61,588 nucleotides of DNA from Akkermansia muciniphila. GTDB taxonomy: Bacteria; Verrucomicrobiota; Verrucomicrobiia; Limisphaerales; UBA1100. Position 1 is the stretch's first letter, and each line of letters starts with the position of its first letter. This document shows, piece after piece, positions 46,359 through 55,898 of this stretch. The stretch spans positions 1-61,588 of the forward strand of contig CAMDOH010000005.1 in NCBI GenBank assembly GCA_945903605.1, read 5' to 3'. The notes beneath the pieces were generated by a model. It saw nothing but the letters and a program-made list of their open reading frames with translations. It was not told the DNA's origin and did not search any database. Made by a program: the position numbers and the translations under genes.

Positions 46359-49300
46359 TCACTCACTCCTCAATGCGGAGATCAGCTTCCCTTTCAATGC
46401 GAAGCTCGTCGACAACCAAGCACAGCCAAGTCCATTGATGACTACCGCCAACAACGTGATTCCCAGTGAAACAAATGGGATTTGTGCCGAAGGCGAGAGC
46501 AGGGCAGGCAACACCGATACCAAAGCTGCGATGCTGCCGCCAATCAATCCGGCAACCAGTAACTGGCCGTGCTCCAGAAAAACTAGCAGCCGCACACTGC
46601 CGCGCTGAAATCCTACAGCCCGAAGCACGGCAAGTTCGCCGCGCCTTTCGAGCACATTGCGCAGCACCAACACGCCCAGTCCCGCGCTTCCCAGCAATAA
46701 TCCCAAACCGCCAAGAATCTGGAAAGTGGACAAGTAGGTGTTTTGCACTGCATTGAACTCCGCCAATCTTCGGGTTGCAGCAGTCAATTCCAATCCCACG
46801 TCGCGCATCTGCTTGCCAAGTTCTATTCGCACTTCATCTGATCGGTTTGGGGGCGCATCCACGAGAAACATTCGATAGCCGCTCTCTCCGGGAAACCGTC
46901 GGACAAACTCAGCCTCATCGATAATCAGACTTCCTTGCATGATTGAATTCGCCAGCGCACCGATCAATCGCACTTTGAACGCGATTCCGCGTTCGTCCTT
47001 GAATTCGATGGTGTCGCCGACTTTCTTACCCATCGCCCACAGGATCGAATTGTGATCGGCGAAAGCAGGCACCGCATCATCGGCGATGCGGGTCTTCAAC
47101 AACCGCCATCCCTCCTGCGCATTGAGACCGTTCATGACCTTTGTGAGCGTGAATCTTTCGCTCATCAACTCCGGCTTCACGCCGAGCAAGCGCGGCTGTT
47201 GCGCGCGGTTCAAATTCAAACAGCTTGCGTCGTCACCATTACGAATTCGCAGCGGCACAACCGTCACGTCCAGCATCTTTTTCTCGTCCAGACCAAAGAA
47301 CTCGCGTCCCGGAGTGCCGTTCAAATCCTGCACAACCGCCAGCGCAGATTCACCGATGAATGCAAATCCACCCGTGCCCGCGCTGCGTTTATCTGCGTCT
47401 GCAGTCGCATCGAGTTTGTTCGCGCCCACAGCCACCACGAGGAAACTTCCACAGGCCAGCAAGCCCAGCGTGGCCAGACTCCGCTTGCGGCGCCGCGCAC
47501 AGTTTCTCATCGCAACGGAATAAAGCGTCAATCGCACCGGCACCGTGACTGAAATATTTGTCAGCCACACCGAGGCAAAAGCATAAACCGCCACGAGCAG
47601 AAGTGCGCCCGCGCCGAAGAAAGCGCCCGCTGCCGCCGCATTGCCAGTGGCCAGTGCCCAAGCGATCAAAATGATTGCGGCTGCCACCGAACCGATGGCA
47701 ATCCAACTGCGACTGACTTTTGGAGCATTGCCCACTTCGTTGCTCTCGTCGCCACTCCCGGACAAGTGTACACGCAGAGGTTGTTCAAATTGTTTTCGGA
47801 GTGCGAGCCAGACAGTTCCCCATGCGATGAATGCGCCTGCCAAAATCCCAATCACTATCGTTACTGGCACCATGTGGAAATGCAGAGCGGTCGTGCCCAC
47901 CGCATCGCGCCAAACGGTGGTCAATCCGTGCAACATCAATCGGGCGTAGCCGATGCCGCCCGCCGTGCCGATCAATCCACCGAGCAACGCCAGTGCTGCG
48001 CCTTCGCTTAACAGCAATCGCCTCACTTGGCGTGGTGTGAATCCCAGCGCGAGTAATGTGCCGGATTCAGTAGCGCGCTTTTCAACTGCAAATTGAAATA
48101 GCAGTGACATCAATAGCAGCGCGGCCACGACGAGGAAAAAACTGAATCCGATGAACAACCCGCCGAAATCTTGAGCTTGGTTGACGGCTGCGAGCGCTTG
48201 CGAACGTAGCGGTACGAACGTCAATCCCACCGAATTGGGATCGAGGTTCTCCAACAGTTTCCGTTCAATCATCGGCAGGGTGGTGAACGCGTTCGTTGGC
48301 CAGCGCACGGCTGTGGAATCGCCGAAGCGGTTGGCCCAAAGTTTCCGACCTGCGCTCACCGACACGAATGCTTTCGGTGTGCCTTGATGGTCGTCCCAAT
48401 ATTTTTCGTCCACTGGCCGGATTCGATCGAGCTTGATGGGAAACCCCGTGTCCCAATCGCGGCAATTCTCCGCAGTCGACATGCCGGGAAAGGCTGGCAT
48501 CAGATTGCGATCGGCCGCCGCTCCCGTTAACGGCACAATCGAATGCACAGTGAACGTATTCGTTCGTTCCTCGAGTTGCCTGCCGAGACCGACGGCGTAG
48601 TAGGTCATCTGCAGCTTATCGCCAGGTTTGGATTTCAGATCATCGGCCAGCCATTGATTGATGATCACTTCATTCTCGCGAAGATCGTCGGGAGCAATTG
48701 GCACGCCTGCTGCGGTGACCATCGAGTAGGGTGCCGAATTAGTTCCGACACGCAATTCGTTTACGAAATAAGTCTGTATCAACCGTGAAGTTGGCGCTGA
48801 TAATTGTGCAGCCTTGACGACGGGTGGATCCAGAAACACACGCGGTGTGCGCAATTCCAATTCGCCGGTGGCAGTCAGCACGCGCAAATCAAGTTCAGCA
48901 TCGGCCAATTGCCATTTCGAATTGAGCGCGCGGCTGGCATTTCCCACTGTGGCTTTTGCTCCGGCAACGAGCAGCAGATTCGCCTTGTTCGTCGCTTGAG
49001 TTTTGTTCTGGAGCAGGGCGAGTGGCACGAAGGCGTTGAAGGGAGGAATCTGGTTGGCCACAAGGCTGAATCGCCCAATGCTGCTATCCGAAAGGATACC
49101 GCGAACTTCGAGGCGGATCGCCACTGAGAAATCTTCCTGTGGTGCGACGGGCGCATCGCGCGAGAGTTGCGAGGGCTTTTGTACGCGAAACAAAACGGGG
49201 TCGCCTATTCTCACGCCAAGTTGCGCCGCGAGTCGTTCGTTGATCGTCACACCCTCCGATCCCCAATCAGGAATGTCCTGATTGTGAAACTTCCAAAACG

Positions 49301-49640
49301 AATCATCCACGCCGAGCACTTGCACATGGTTGGCGCGCGCAGAACCATCAGGGAGCGCGGCGGTGGCCGGTAATTGAAGTGCGGCTGTGACGGGAGTTCC
49401 CATTTCATCGGCAATGGATTTGGCGAGCGCGCTGCGAAAGAGCCGGTCGTTTGAGGCGATGGCCAACTGCGTGTTGCCGAGTCGAGCCATGGCCATGGCG
49501 CGCAGGCTGGCGCGAACAGAATCGCCGACCGTAAGCGCGCCAATGAGGACAGCGCTGGCAATGCTGGAGCCAAGCAACGTTCCCAAATGCGCGCGCGCGT
49601 GATGCCGCAGGCTGGCGAGGATGAGCGTGGTGCGGTTCAT
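46359..49640 (-). CDS. Large ABC transporter permease with two FtsX-type modules (1093 aa from the ATG at 49640)
   Basis: Two repeats of a TM segment, a large periplasmic domain and a three-TM FtsX domain (RATESGTLLALGFTPRQV and RGELAVLRAVGFQRGSV). It starts 7 nt downstream of the ATPase gene. Confidence 0.8.
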   Translation of the reverse strand: MNRTTLILASLRHHARAHLGTLLGSSIASAVLIGALTVGDSVRASLRAMAMARLGNTQLAIASNDRLFRSALAKSIADEMGTPVTAALQLPATAALPDGSARANHVQVLGVDDSFWKFHNQDIPDWGSEGVTINERLAAQLGVRIGDPVLFRVQKPSQLSRDAPVAPQEDFSVAIRLEVRGILSDSSIGRFSLVANQIPPFNAFVPLALLQNKTQATNKANLLLVAGAKATVGNASRALNSKWQLADAELDLRVLTATGELELRTPRVFLDPPVVKAAQLSAPTSRLIQTYFVNELRVGTNSAPYSMVTAAGVPIAPDDLRENEVIINQWLADDLKSKPGDKLQMTYYAVGLGRQLEERTNTFTVHSIVPLTGAAADRNLMPAFPGMSTAENCRDWDTGFPIKLDRIRPVDEKYWDDHQGTPKAFVSVSAGRKLWANRFGDSTAVRWPTNAFTTLPMIERKLLENLDPNSVGLTFVPLRSQALAAVNQAQDFGGLFIGFSFFLVVAALLLMSLLFQFAVEKRATESGTLLALGFTPRQVRRLLLSEGAALALLGGLIGTAGGIGYARLMLHGLTTVWRDAVGTTALHFHMVPVTIVIGILAGAFIAWGTVWLALRKQFEQPLRVHLSGSGDESNEVGNAPKVSRSWIAIGSVAAAIILIAWALATGNAAAAGAFFGAGALLLVAVYAFASVWLTNISVTVPVRLTLYSVAMRNCARRRKRSLATLGLLACGSFLVVAVGANKLDATADADKRSAGTGGFAFIGESALAVVQDLNGTPGREFFGLDEKKMLDVTVVPLRIRNGDDASCLNLNRAQQPRLLGVKPELMSERFTLTKVMNGLNAQEGWRLLKTRIADDAVPAFADHNSILWAMGKKVGDTIEFKDERGIAFKVRLIGALANSIMQGSLIIDEAEFVRRFPGESGYRMFLVDAPPNRSDEVRIELGKQMRDVGLELTAATRRLAEFNAVQNTYLSTFQILGGLGLLLGSAGLGVLVLRNVLERRGELAVLRAVGFQRGSVRLLVFLEHGQLLVAGLIGGSIAALVSVLPALLSPSAQIPFVSLGITLLAVVINGLGCAWLSTSFALKGKLISALRSE

Positions 49641-49647
49641 CGTCTGT

Positions 49648-50340
49648 TTAGCTGACTTGTTCCAGCAATCCATTGTCAAGTTTGAGCACGCGTTGCATTT
49701 TACGGGCTAATTCGAGCGAATGCGTGACGACAATGAGAGTGACCGCTTCCTCGCGGTTCAACTCCACGAGCAACTGGCCGAGATTGGTCGCTGAGTTGTG
49801 ATCGAGCGCGCCGGTCGGTTCGTCTGCGAGGAGAAGTTGAGGTTGATTGATGAGTGCGCGAACGACGGCTACACGTTGGCGTTCGCCGCCGGAAAGTTGC
49901 GCGGGTCGGTGCGTGAGTCGTGAGGCGAGGCCGACGCGATCGAGTAATCGGTTCGCACGAGCAATGGCCACAGGTGGTGCGGCGGTGTGTGTGGCCAATG
50001 TTGGCAACAGCACATTTTCCAGAACGGTGCATTGCGGCAACAGGTGGTGAGATTGAAAGACGAATCCGATCTGGCGATTGCGAACAATGGCAAGTTGAGC
50101 TTCATCCAGAGCGGTGAGGTCGCGTCCGGCAAGTGTCACGCGGCCGCGCGTGGGATGATCGAGTGATCCGAGCAGATTGAGCAGTGTGCTTTTCCCGGAA
50201 CCCGATGGGCCCGTGATGGCGATGGATTCGCCTCGCGCGATGGTCAAGGAGATCCCGTTGAGGATTTTCAGCGGCTCGGCGGCGCCAACAAATTCTTTGG
50301 TGACGTTCTCGAGTTGCAGGATCGGTTCCGTGGAGGACAT
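49648..50340 (-). CDS. ABC transporter ATP-binding protein, MacB/LolD-type (230 aa)
   Basis: Canonical GPSGSGKST, LSGGERQRVAVVRAL and LLLADEPTGALD motifs. Confidence 0.9.
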   Translation of the reverse strand: MSSTEPILQLENVTKEFVGAAEPLKILNGISLTIARGESIAITGPSGSGKSTLLNLLGSLDHPTRGRVTLAGRDLTALDEAQLAIVRNRQIGFVFQSHHLLPQCTVLENVLLPTLATHTAAPPVAIARANRLLDRVGLASRLTHRPAQLSGGERQRVAVVRALINQPQLLLADEPTGALDHNSATNLGQLLVELNREEAVTLIVVTHSLELARKMQRVLKLDNGLLEQVS

Positions 50341-50384
50341 GCGCGCAGGTTATCCGAAGTCGCGAAAAGCAGAAACGAAAAAGC

Positions 50385-51668
50385 CTAGTCCTTCACCCAA
50401 CGTCTGGCCTTCATCTCGTATCGGGGGAGTGAACCGATTGGCGCGATGCTGACAGGAATGCGAAGTTGAAAGGCTTCCTGCAAGGATCGTTCGAGATTCG
50501 ACTTTAGCAATTCGGCGTCTGCGCCTGCAGCAGGTTCAATCAGCAGCTCAAATTCTGCCATCGCTGTGCGATTGGTGAGCCGTGCTTGAAATTCAGCCAC
50601 GCTGCCATTGTGGTGGATTATTTCTTCGATGGCGGAGGGATGAATGTTAACGCCGCGAACGATGAACATGTCATCGCAACGCCCGAGAATGCCGCCTTCG
50701 AAAGCACGTTCGTGCGAGCCACAGGGGCACGGCGAAGTGTTTGCAGGCTTCACCAAATCGCCGGTACGATAGCGGAGCAATGGCGAGCCGGTTCGGCCGA
50801 GCGTGGTGAGAATCAATTCGCCAGTCTCGCCGGAGGCGATGGGTTCGCCGGTGGCTGGGTTGACTACTTCAGCGAAGTACGCGTGCTCGATGACGTGCAA
50901 CACGCCGGCGCGCGCGGGGCATTCGTAAGTGACAGGTCCGACTTCGGTCATGCCATGATGATCCTTCACTCGTGCACCGGGCCAGAGCGATTCGATGCGT
51001 TGACGTGTGGCGGCGATGCTGCCACCGGGTTCGCCGGCAACGATGATTATTCGCACGGGACTTTGCGCGAGACTGATCTTTTCTTCCGCAGCGACTTCGC
51101 CCAGCCGGATCGCATAGGTCGGCGTACAGCAGAGTACCGTGGCACGATTCTCAATGATCATCCGCAAACGCGCGGCGCTGGAGAGGCCACCACCGGGGAT
51201 GCAAAGACAGCCAAGTTGAGCAGCGGATTCGAAGGCGGTCCAGAATCCGAGGAATGGCCCGAATGAAAAAGCGAAGTAAACGCGGTCAGTGCGCGTGACG
51301 TGTGCCGCGCGATACACCTCGGCCCAGCTATCAAGCATCCATTGCCAGCTCTCGGATGTGTCGAGCCAACGCATCGGTGCGCCACCCGTGCCGCTGGTTT
51401 GATGACAGCGTGTGTAGCGGTCGGGCGCGAAGGTGAGGTTTGATCCGTAAGGCGGATGTGTGGCGATGTCGGCCACCAATTCGCTCTTCGTAGTGAAAGG
51501 AACGCGTTGTGCAAACTCCGTGAGCGAAGCGATCGCCGAACTCACTCCCGTGTCAGCAAGTCGGTGGGACTGAAACGAGTTCGCGGGCAACAACGCGGCA
51601 AGCAGTGTGCGGAGCGAAACGAGTTGACTGGCCTCGATGGCGGCGCGGTTTGAAAAAGCGGCAGCCAT
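50385..51668 (-). CDS. Phenylacetate-CoA ligase / coenzyme F390 synthetase-type adenylate-forming enzyme (427 aa)
   Basis: TSGTGGAPMRW (AMP-binding core), GEPGG, a length of about 430 aa, and a C-terminal small domain as in the PaaK/CapK family. Confidence 0.8.
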   Translation of the reverse strand: MAAAFSNRAAIEASQLVSLRTLLAALLPANSFQSHRLADTGVSSAIASLTEFAQRVPFTTKSELVADIATHPPYGSNLTFAPDRYTRCHQTSGTGGAPMRWLDTSESWQWMLDSWAEVYRAAHVTRTDRVYFAFSFGPFLGFWTAFESAAQLGCLCIPGGGLSSAARLRMIIENRATVLCCTPTYAIRLGEVAAEEKISLAQSPVRIIIVAGEPGGSIAATRQRIESLWPGARVKDHHGMTEVGPVTYECPARAGVLHVIEHAYFAEVVNPATGEPIASGETGELILTTLGRTGSPLLRYRTGDLVKPANTSPCPCGSHERAFEGGILGRCDDMFIVRGVNIHPSAIEEIIHHNGSVAEFQARLTNRTAMAEFELLIEPAAGADAELLKSNLERSLQEAFQLRIPVSIAPIGSLPRYEMKARRWVKD

Positions 51669-51683
51669 CTTGTGCGACGTAAT

Positions 51684-52265
51684 TTATTTAGCTGCTGGAT
51701 TCGCCGGCGCGATCTGTGCGGCAGCCGGCTTGTGTGCGCCACCCGTGTTGGAGGGCGCGTATTTGGCGACGAGGAATGCGCCGGTAGCGGCCAGCACGCA
51801 ACCCAGAAGGAACGGCATGGGGAGCGACTTGAACCCGCCTTCCGGCGGATGCAGCAGCATGGCGGCGATGGTATTGATCACCGGCGCACCGGCGAAAACA
51901 ATTGGCATCACAGCCGCAGGCGCCGCGCCTTTGTAGATTTGCGCAGCAGATCCGAGCGCGAGAACGAGCGTGAACGCTCCGATGGCACCTGCTGCACCGG
52001 CTACGAGGCTCCAGCGAATTCCTTCGCCGGTGAAACTCCAGTTCGACCCGCGCAATTGAAGCAGCACTGCGGCGGCCACGCCGATCACAGCGTAGGCGAT
52101 GCAAACGAATAGAAATGCTTTCAGGCTCGCATTGGGTGCTTCCGGTCCCACGGGCATGTGGCCGCGACCTTTGTGCAGGATGACGCCGTAGACTCCCCAT
52201 GAAAGCACGGTGAGAATTGCAAAGTAGAGCCAAGTGATGTTGGGAGTGGTTGGATTGGCGGGCAT
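51684..52265 (-). CDS. Hypothetical polytopic membrane protein (193 aa)
   Basis: Five to six hydrophobic segments rich in Gly and Ala. No recognised motif. It ends 15 nt upstream of the ligase gene. Confidence 0.5.
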   Translation of the reverse strand: MPANPTTPNITWLYFAILTVLSWGVYGVILHKGRGHMPVGPEAPNASLKAFLFVCIAYAVIGVAAAVLLQLRGSNWSFTGEGIRWSLVAGAAGAIGAFTLVLALGSAAQIYKGAAPAAVMPIVFAGAPVINTIAAMLLHPPEGGFKSLPMPFLLGCVLAATGAFLVAKYAPSNTGGAHKPAAAQIAPANPAAK

Positions 52266-52322
52266 AAATTTCTGGGTGAGTCTATTGATTGGGGTGCTTC
52301 AGTTCAACGGGTTTGTCGCTGT

Positions 52323-52748
52323 TCACGGTAATTGTTCAGGAGGTGCCGTCTCGATTTGGCTGGCGATGGCATCGGGAATGTCGATGGATTTCATATTGCC
52401 GTTTTGATCGCGCGTGACGCAAACGGTTGTGATGTTGCCTCGGGCGATTTCCTCGCCTGATTTCATAAATGTGATCTGGTAGCTGAGCGACTTTTGTTTT
52501 TTCTCGGTGATATGCAGGATCACTTCCACTTCATCCTCAAACTTCAGCGGTCGTTTGAAATCGCAACTGGCATGAACGCGCGGCCAACCGACGTGGTAAT
52601 TGGAGTCCACCAACGAAGTGCCCAGCGATCGGAAAAACGCTTGCTCGCACGCCTCCATGTAGCGGAAATAATTTGAGTAATGGACGATGCCGGCCATGTC
52701 GGTCTCAAAAAACTCGACGCGGCGTTTGATGGAATAAGTGCTGGGCAT
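52323..52748 (-). CDS. Acyl-CoA thioesterase, 4HBT/YbgC-type hotdog fold (141 aa)
   Basis: VEFFETDMAGIVHYSNYFRYMEACEQAFF is the typical 4HBT N-terminal active-site region. The ATG at 52748 is 1 nt after the upstream stop. Confidence 0.8.
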   Translation of the reverse strand: MPSTYSIKRRVEFFETDMAGIVHYSNYFRYMEACEQAFFRSLGTSLVDSNYHVGWPRVHASCDFKRPLKFEDEVEVILHITEKKQKSLSYQITFMKSGEEIARGNITTVCVTRDQNGNMKSIDIPDAIASQIETAPPEQLP

Positions 52749-52749
52749 A

Positions 52750-54048
52750 TCAGTTGGCAGAGGGTTTGCGGACGATTTCCTGCATGGCGCTGACGATATT
52801 GTTCGCCATTGTTTCGATGGAAAAGAGTCGGCGCACTGATTCACGTCCTGCCAAACCCATGGCTTTCGCCTGTGCAGGTTTCGAAAGTAACGATTCAAGG
52901 CTCGCTGCGAGTGATTCTGCAGTGGACGGCTCGAAACAAATTCCGCCGCCGGTCGCAGCGATCAATTCTGGAAATGATGCGCATTTGGGTTGTACGACCG
53001 GCACACCAGCAGCCATCGCTTCGAGGACATAAAAACCAAATGGCTCTCCAAATCGTGCCGGCACAGAAAGAGCGGAGAGAGAGCGGAGGAATTCGATTTT
53101 TGAATTCCGATCAATATTCGGATGGAATGAAACATCGCCGCTGTGTCCGCGCGATTCGAGTAGTCTGCGAAGTTTGGCCACAAAGGGCGCGTCGTTCGTT
53201 CCGCAGCCGCCGCCGACTTTCAACCGTAGAAACGGTATGCGACTGGTTTTCTTCAACTGCAGAAATGCGTCGACGAGTGTGTCCAAGCCTTTCGCCGGAC
53301 ACATGCGGGCAAAAAATCCGAGCGTCGGCGGTTCGGCCAATAGTGGATTGGCAGTGAAGCCATCAAGGTTGATGCCGTTGTAGATGACGCGAATCTTCGC
53401 GGCAGGTATCGACAGTCGCTTCGCCATCAAATCTCCGAAATAGCGACTTGGGGCGATGAATAGATCCACTTCGCGGGCGCGATCGGTCATCAACTGCCAA
53501 ACGGCCTCGCTGTGTTCGCCCATCGCATCGATGAATCCATCTTCGCCCTGCAGATAGCAAACGATGGGCACTTGCAGTTCCTGCCTCAATTTTCGTGCAA
53601 GACCGAGAAGTAATGAATTTGAGAGGCAGATGACATCGGGTTGCGGCTGCGATTTGAGCCATTCGAGAAGCTCGTTGAGTTCTCGGGCTTGATTGCCTTC
53701 TTCGCCACGCAACATCGAGAGCGTGAGTTCGCCGAGATCTTTCGCGCGCGTGTTGGCTGCACGTTTGCCAGCCCAATTGAGAATCGTTGGCGAAGCGAGA
53801 AGTTGGTGCAGCCAACGTGGTGCGCGGCGTAGCAACGATGACTTCTGTTCAAGATACACGCTGACGCCACCGTAAAAAATCGGGGTGCCGGCGGTTTGGT
53901 CAGCTTCGTCAACCGTCATTGGCAAATAGAGCGGCACCATGAGTGCCTGATGACCTTGTCGGCGCAGTTCGGCAATCAGTGCGTTGTCGCGAAAACAATT
54001 GCCGCAGTACATTCCGCCCGCGCCGGGTGTGAGTTGAACCAGATTCAC
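52750..54048 (-). CDS. Glycosyltransferase, GT4 / group-1 family (432 aa, GTG start)
   Basis: C-terminal ExxxxxxxE region FGEPFGFYVLEAMAAGVPVV. The N-terminus is unusual: LTPGAGGMYCGNCFRDN. Confidence 0.8.
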   Translation of the reverse strand: MNLVQLTPGAGGMYCGNCFRDNALIAELRRQGHQALMVPLYLPMTVDEADQTAGTPIFYGGVSVYLEQKSSLLRRAPRWLHQLLASPTILNWAGKRAANTRAKDLGELTLSMLRGEEGNQARELNELLEWLKSQPQPDVICLSNSLLLGLARKLRQELQVPIVCYLQGEDGFIDAMGEHSEAVWQLMTDRAREVDLFIAPSRYFGDLMAKRLSIPAAKIRVIYNGINLDGFTANPLLAEPPTLGFFARMCPAKGLDTLVDAFLQLKKTSRIPFLRLKVGGGCGTNDAPFVAKLRRLLESRGHSGDVSFHPNIDRNSKIEFLRSLSALSVPARFGEPFGFYVLEAMAAGVPVVQPKCASFPELIAATGGGICFEPSTAESLAASLESLLSKPAQAKAMGLAGRESVRRLFSIETMANNIVSAMQEIVRKPSAN

Positions 54049-55328
54049 GGCGTTGAATTGACGAGGGTGCTCGATGTCAACGGCTCACCGACGGGAAGGT
54101 CATCTGGCAATGGCACGAATTCGCGAAACTTCCGCCAGAGTGGCGAAAAATCTTTATCCACATCACCAGAGAGGCAGTCGGTGATTTCGGCAGCGGCTTC
54201 GGGATACTTCATGATCACGTCCTTGAATGAGAAATCTCGGCTGTAAAAGGCGTAGACGAGTTTGCGCATATTCTCGATTCCGTGCCGCAGTCTTGTCGCA
54301 TAATCGGCGAATCGTTCCGGCGCAAAATCTTTTGCCACTAGCGCAGCGTGAACAGCATCGCCAGCCATCACGCCGCTCTTAAGCGCGAGCATCAGGCCGC
54401 TGCTGAACACAGGGTCGAGAAAGGCAAAGGCGTCGCCGACCAGCAGTAATCCTTCGCTGCCGCAGTGGCGCGAGTGAAACGAAAATTCACTGGTGATATA
54501 GTAGGGGCCAGTCTGTTCGCCCAACGAGAGGTGTTCAGCAATCCAACGGTTCTCGCTAATCTCTCGCTTGAAAATCTTTTCCAAATCGCGCACGCCGTCA
54601 CGAGTGAGGTATTTCCCTTCAGCAACGACGCCGATACTCACGCGGTCGTCGTGCATCGGGATGTGCCAGAACCAGCCTTTTTCAGGCACGAAGGCGACGG
54701 TGGTCTGGCCTTCATCGATTCCTTGTTCGCGTTTCGATCCGCGATAATAGGTCCACACGGCGATCTTGTTCAGGAACGGATCGTTCATGCGCCAGCCGTT
54801 GCGCACAGCCGTGAATGCTTCTTTGCCTGTGCAGTCGAGAGTCATCGGCGCGAAGTAATCCGTGGTCGTGCCGGACTTGTTCTGCGCGCGAACACCGATG
54901 ACGCGGCTACCGTCGCGAAGGATCGACTTCACGCTCGTTTCCTCTTTCACTTCCGCCCCTTTTTCGCGGGCGTGTTCCAGCGCCATCTGATCGAACTCGC
55001 TGCGGAGCACTTGCCAAGTCTGTGCCACGGTGTTGCGGTCGTAGCGGTTGAAAAAATAAAATGGCTGGCTCGCTTTGCCATCGGGCTGCACAAAAACGAC
55101 GCTGTATTTTTTCTGGAAGGCGGATGCCTTCATTTTGGGAATGAGTCCAAGCCGTTCCATCGGTTGATAGGTGAATGGAATCAGCGATTCACCGATGTGA
55201 TAACGTGGGAATCTTTCGCGTTCCAGCACGAGGACTCTGTGTCCGTGCTCAGCCAGAATGGTCGCGGCGCTGGAGCCAGCCGGTCCGCCACCGATGATGA
55301 TCACATCAAAATTCACCGAGTCAGTCAT
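54045..55328 (-). CDS. FAD-dependent oxidoreductase of the flavin-dependent halogenase-like family (427 aa)
   Basis: DVIIIGGGPAGSSAA (GxGxxG), ERERFPRYHIGESLIP, FQKKYSVVF (a Lys in the position expected for halogenases), and GWFWHIP, which matches the WxWxIP motif. Confidence 0.75.
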   Translation of the reverse strand: MTDSVNFDVIIIGGGPAGSSAATILAEHGHRVLVLERERFPRYHIGESLIPFTYQPMERLGLIPKMKASAFQKKYSVVFVQPDGKASQPFYFFNRYDRNTVAQTWQVLRSEFDQMALEHAREKGAEVKEETSVKSILRDGSRVIGVRAQNKSGTTTDYFAPMTLDCTGKEAFTAVRNGWRMNDPFLNKIAVWTYYRGSKREQGIDEGQTTVAFVPEKGWFWHIPMHDDRVSIGVVAEGKYLTRDGVRDLEKIFKREISENRWIAEHLSLGEQTGPYYITSEFSFHSRHCGSEGLLLVGDAFAFLDPVFSSGLMLALKSGVMAGDAVHAALVAKDFAPERFADYATRLRHGIENMRKLVYAFYSRDFSFKDVIMKYPEAAAEITDCLSGDVDKDFSPLWRKFREFVPLPDDLPVGEPLTSSTLVNSTP

Positions 55329-55331
55329 GCG

Positions 55332-55898
55332 TCACTTCGTTTGTGCTGGAGGCAAAATCTCGACTATCTCCGCCAGCGATTCGCCTTGTGGATTGAGTAG
55401 CGTGTTACGGCGGCCATAAATAGTTTGTGCGCCGCTAATGCAGAGCACCTCGGCGATGAGTCGATCGGAAGCGAGTTTGAGAAATGCCTTCGGTTGGCTG
55501 CTGTGCGGAATGGCGCACTCGTGAAGAATGGTGCCTAGCGGGCGATGTTCGCCAAGAATCAGCTCGCGTGCATTTTCCGGAAAGCGGTCGAGGTAGATCT
55601 TAATCGCACCAAATTCGACAGGGGTATTCGCTCCGTTCAGGAGCAGTACGACTTCGCGTGAGTATTCGCCGCCACTGTTTCGCCTGCCGTAAACGCGAAG
55701 ATGGATCGGGCCATTGTGAAATTTCTCCAATGTCGGAGTCATGTCGTTCTGATGAGCGAGCAGGGTGCGATACGGTTCTGGCACATCGCCTGAATCGATC
55801 ACTTGCCACGGGGGCAATGGCATGCCGGCAAGCGTGTAAAACTCATCCAATGGATGAAGCATTGGCGATGCGGTCGAGTTGTCGTTGGTCACTTTCAA
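55332..55898 (-). CDS. Chorismate-lyase-fold (UbiC/DUF98-like) protein (188 aa from the TTG at 55898, or 176 aa from the ATG at 55862)
   Basis: LLAHQNDMTPTLEKF, REVVLLLNGANTPVEFGAIKIYLD, PLGTIL and a C-terminal AEIVEILPP resemble the chorismate pyruvate-lyase / DUF98 pattern. Assignment is by eye only. Confidence 0.55.
   Translation of the reverse strand: MKVTNDNSTASPMLHPLDEFYTLAGMPLPPWQVIDSGDVPEPYRTLLAHQNDMTPTLEKFHNGPIHLRVYGRRNSGGEYSREVVLLLNGANTPVEFGAIKIYLDRFPENARELILGEHRPLGTILHECAIPHSSQPKAFLKLASDRLIAEVLCISGAQTIYGRRNTLLNPQGESLAEIVEILPPAQTK

Noticed and set aside
54465-55400. 311-aa plus-strand ORF
   Set aside because: It is antisense to the FAD-dependent enzyme gene and has no motifs.
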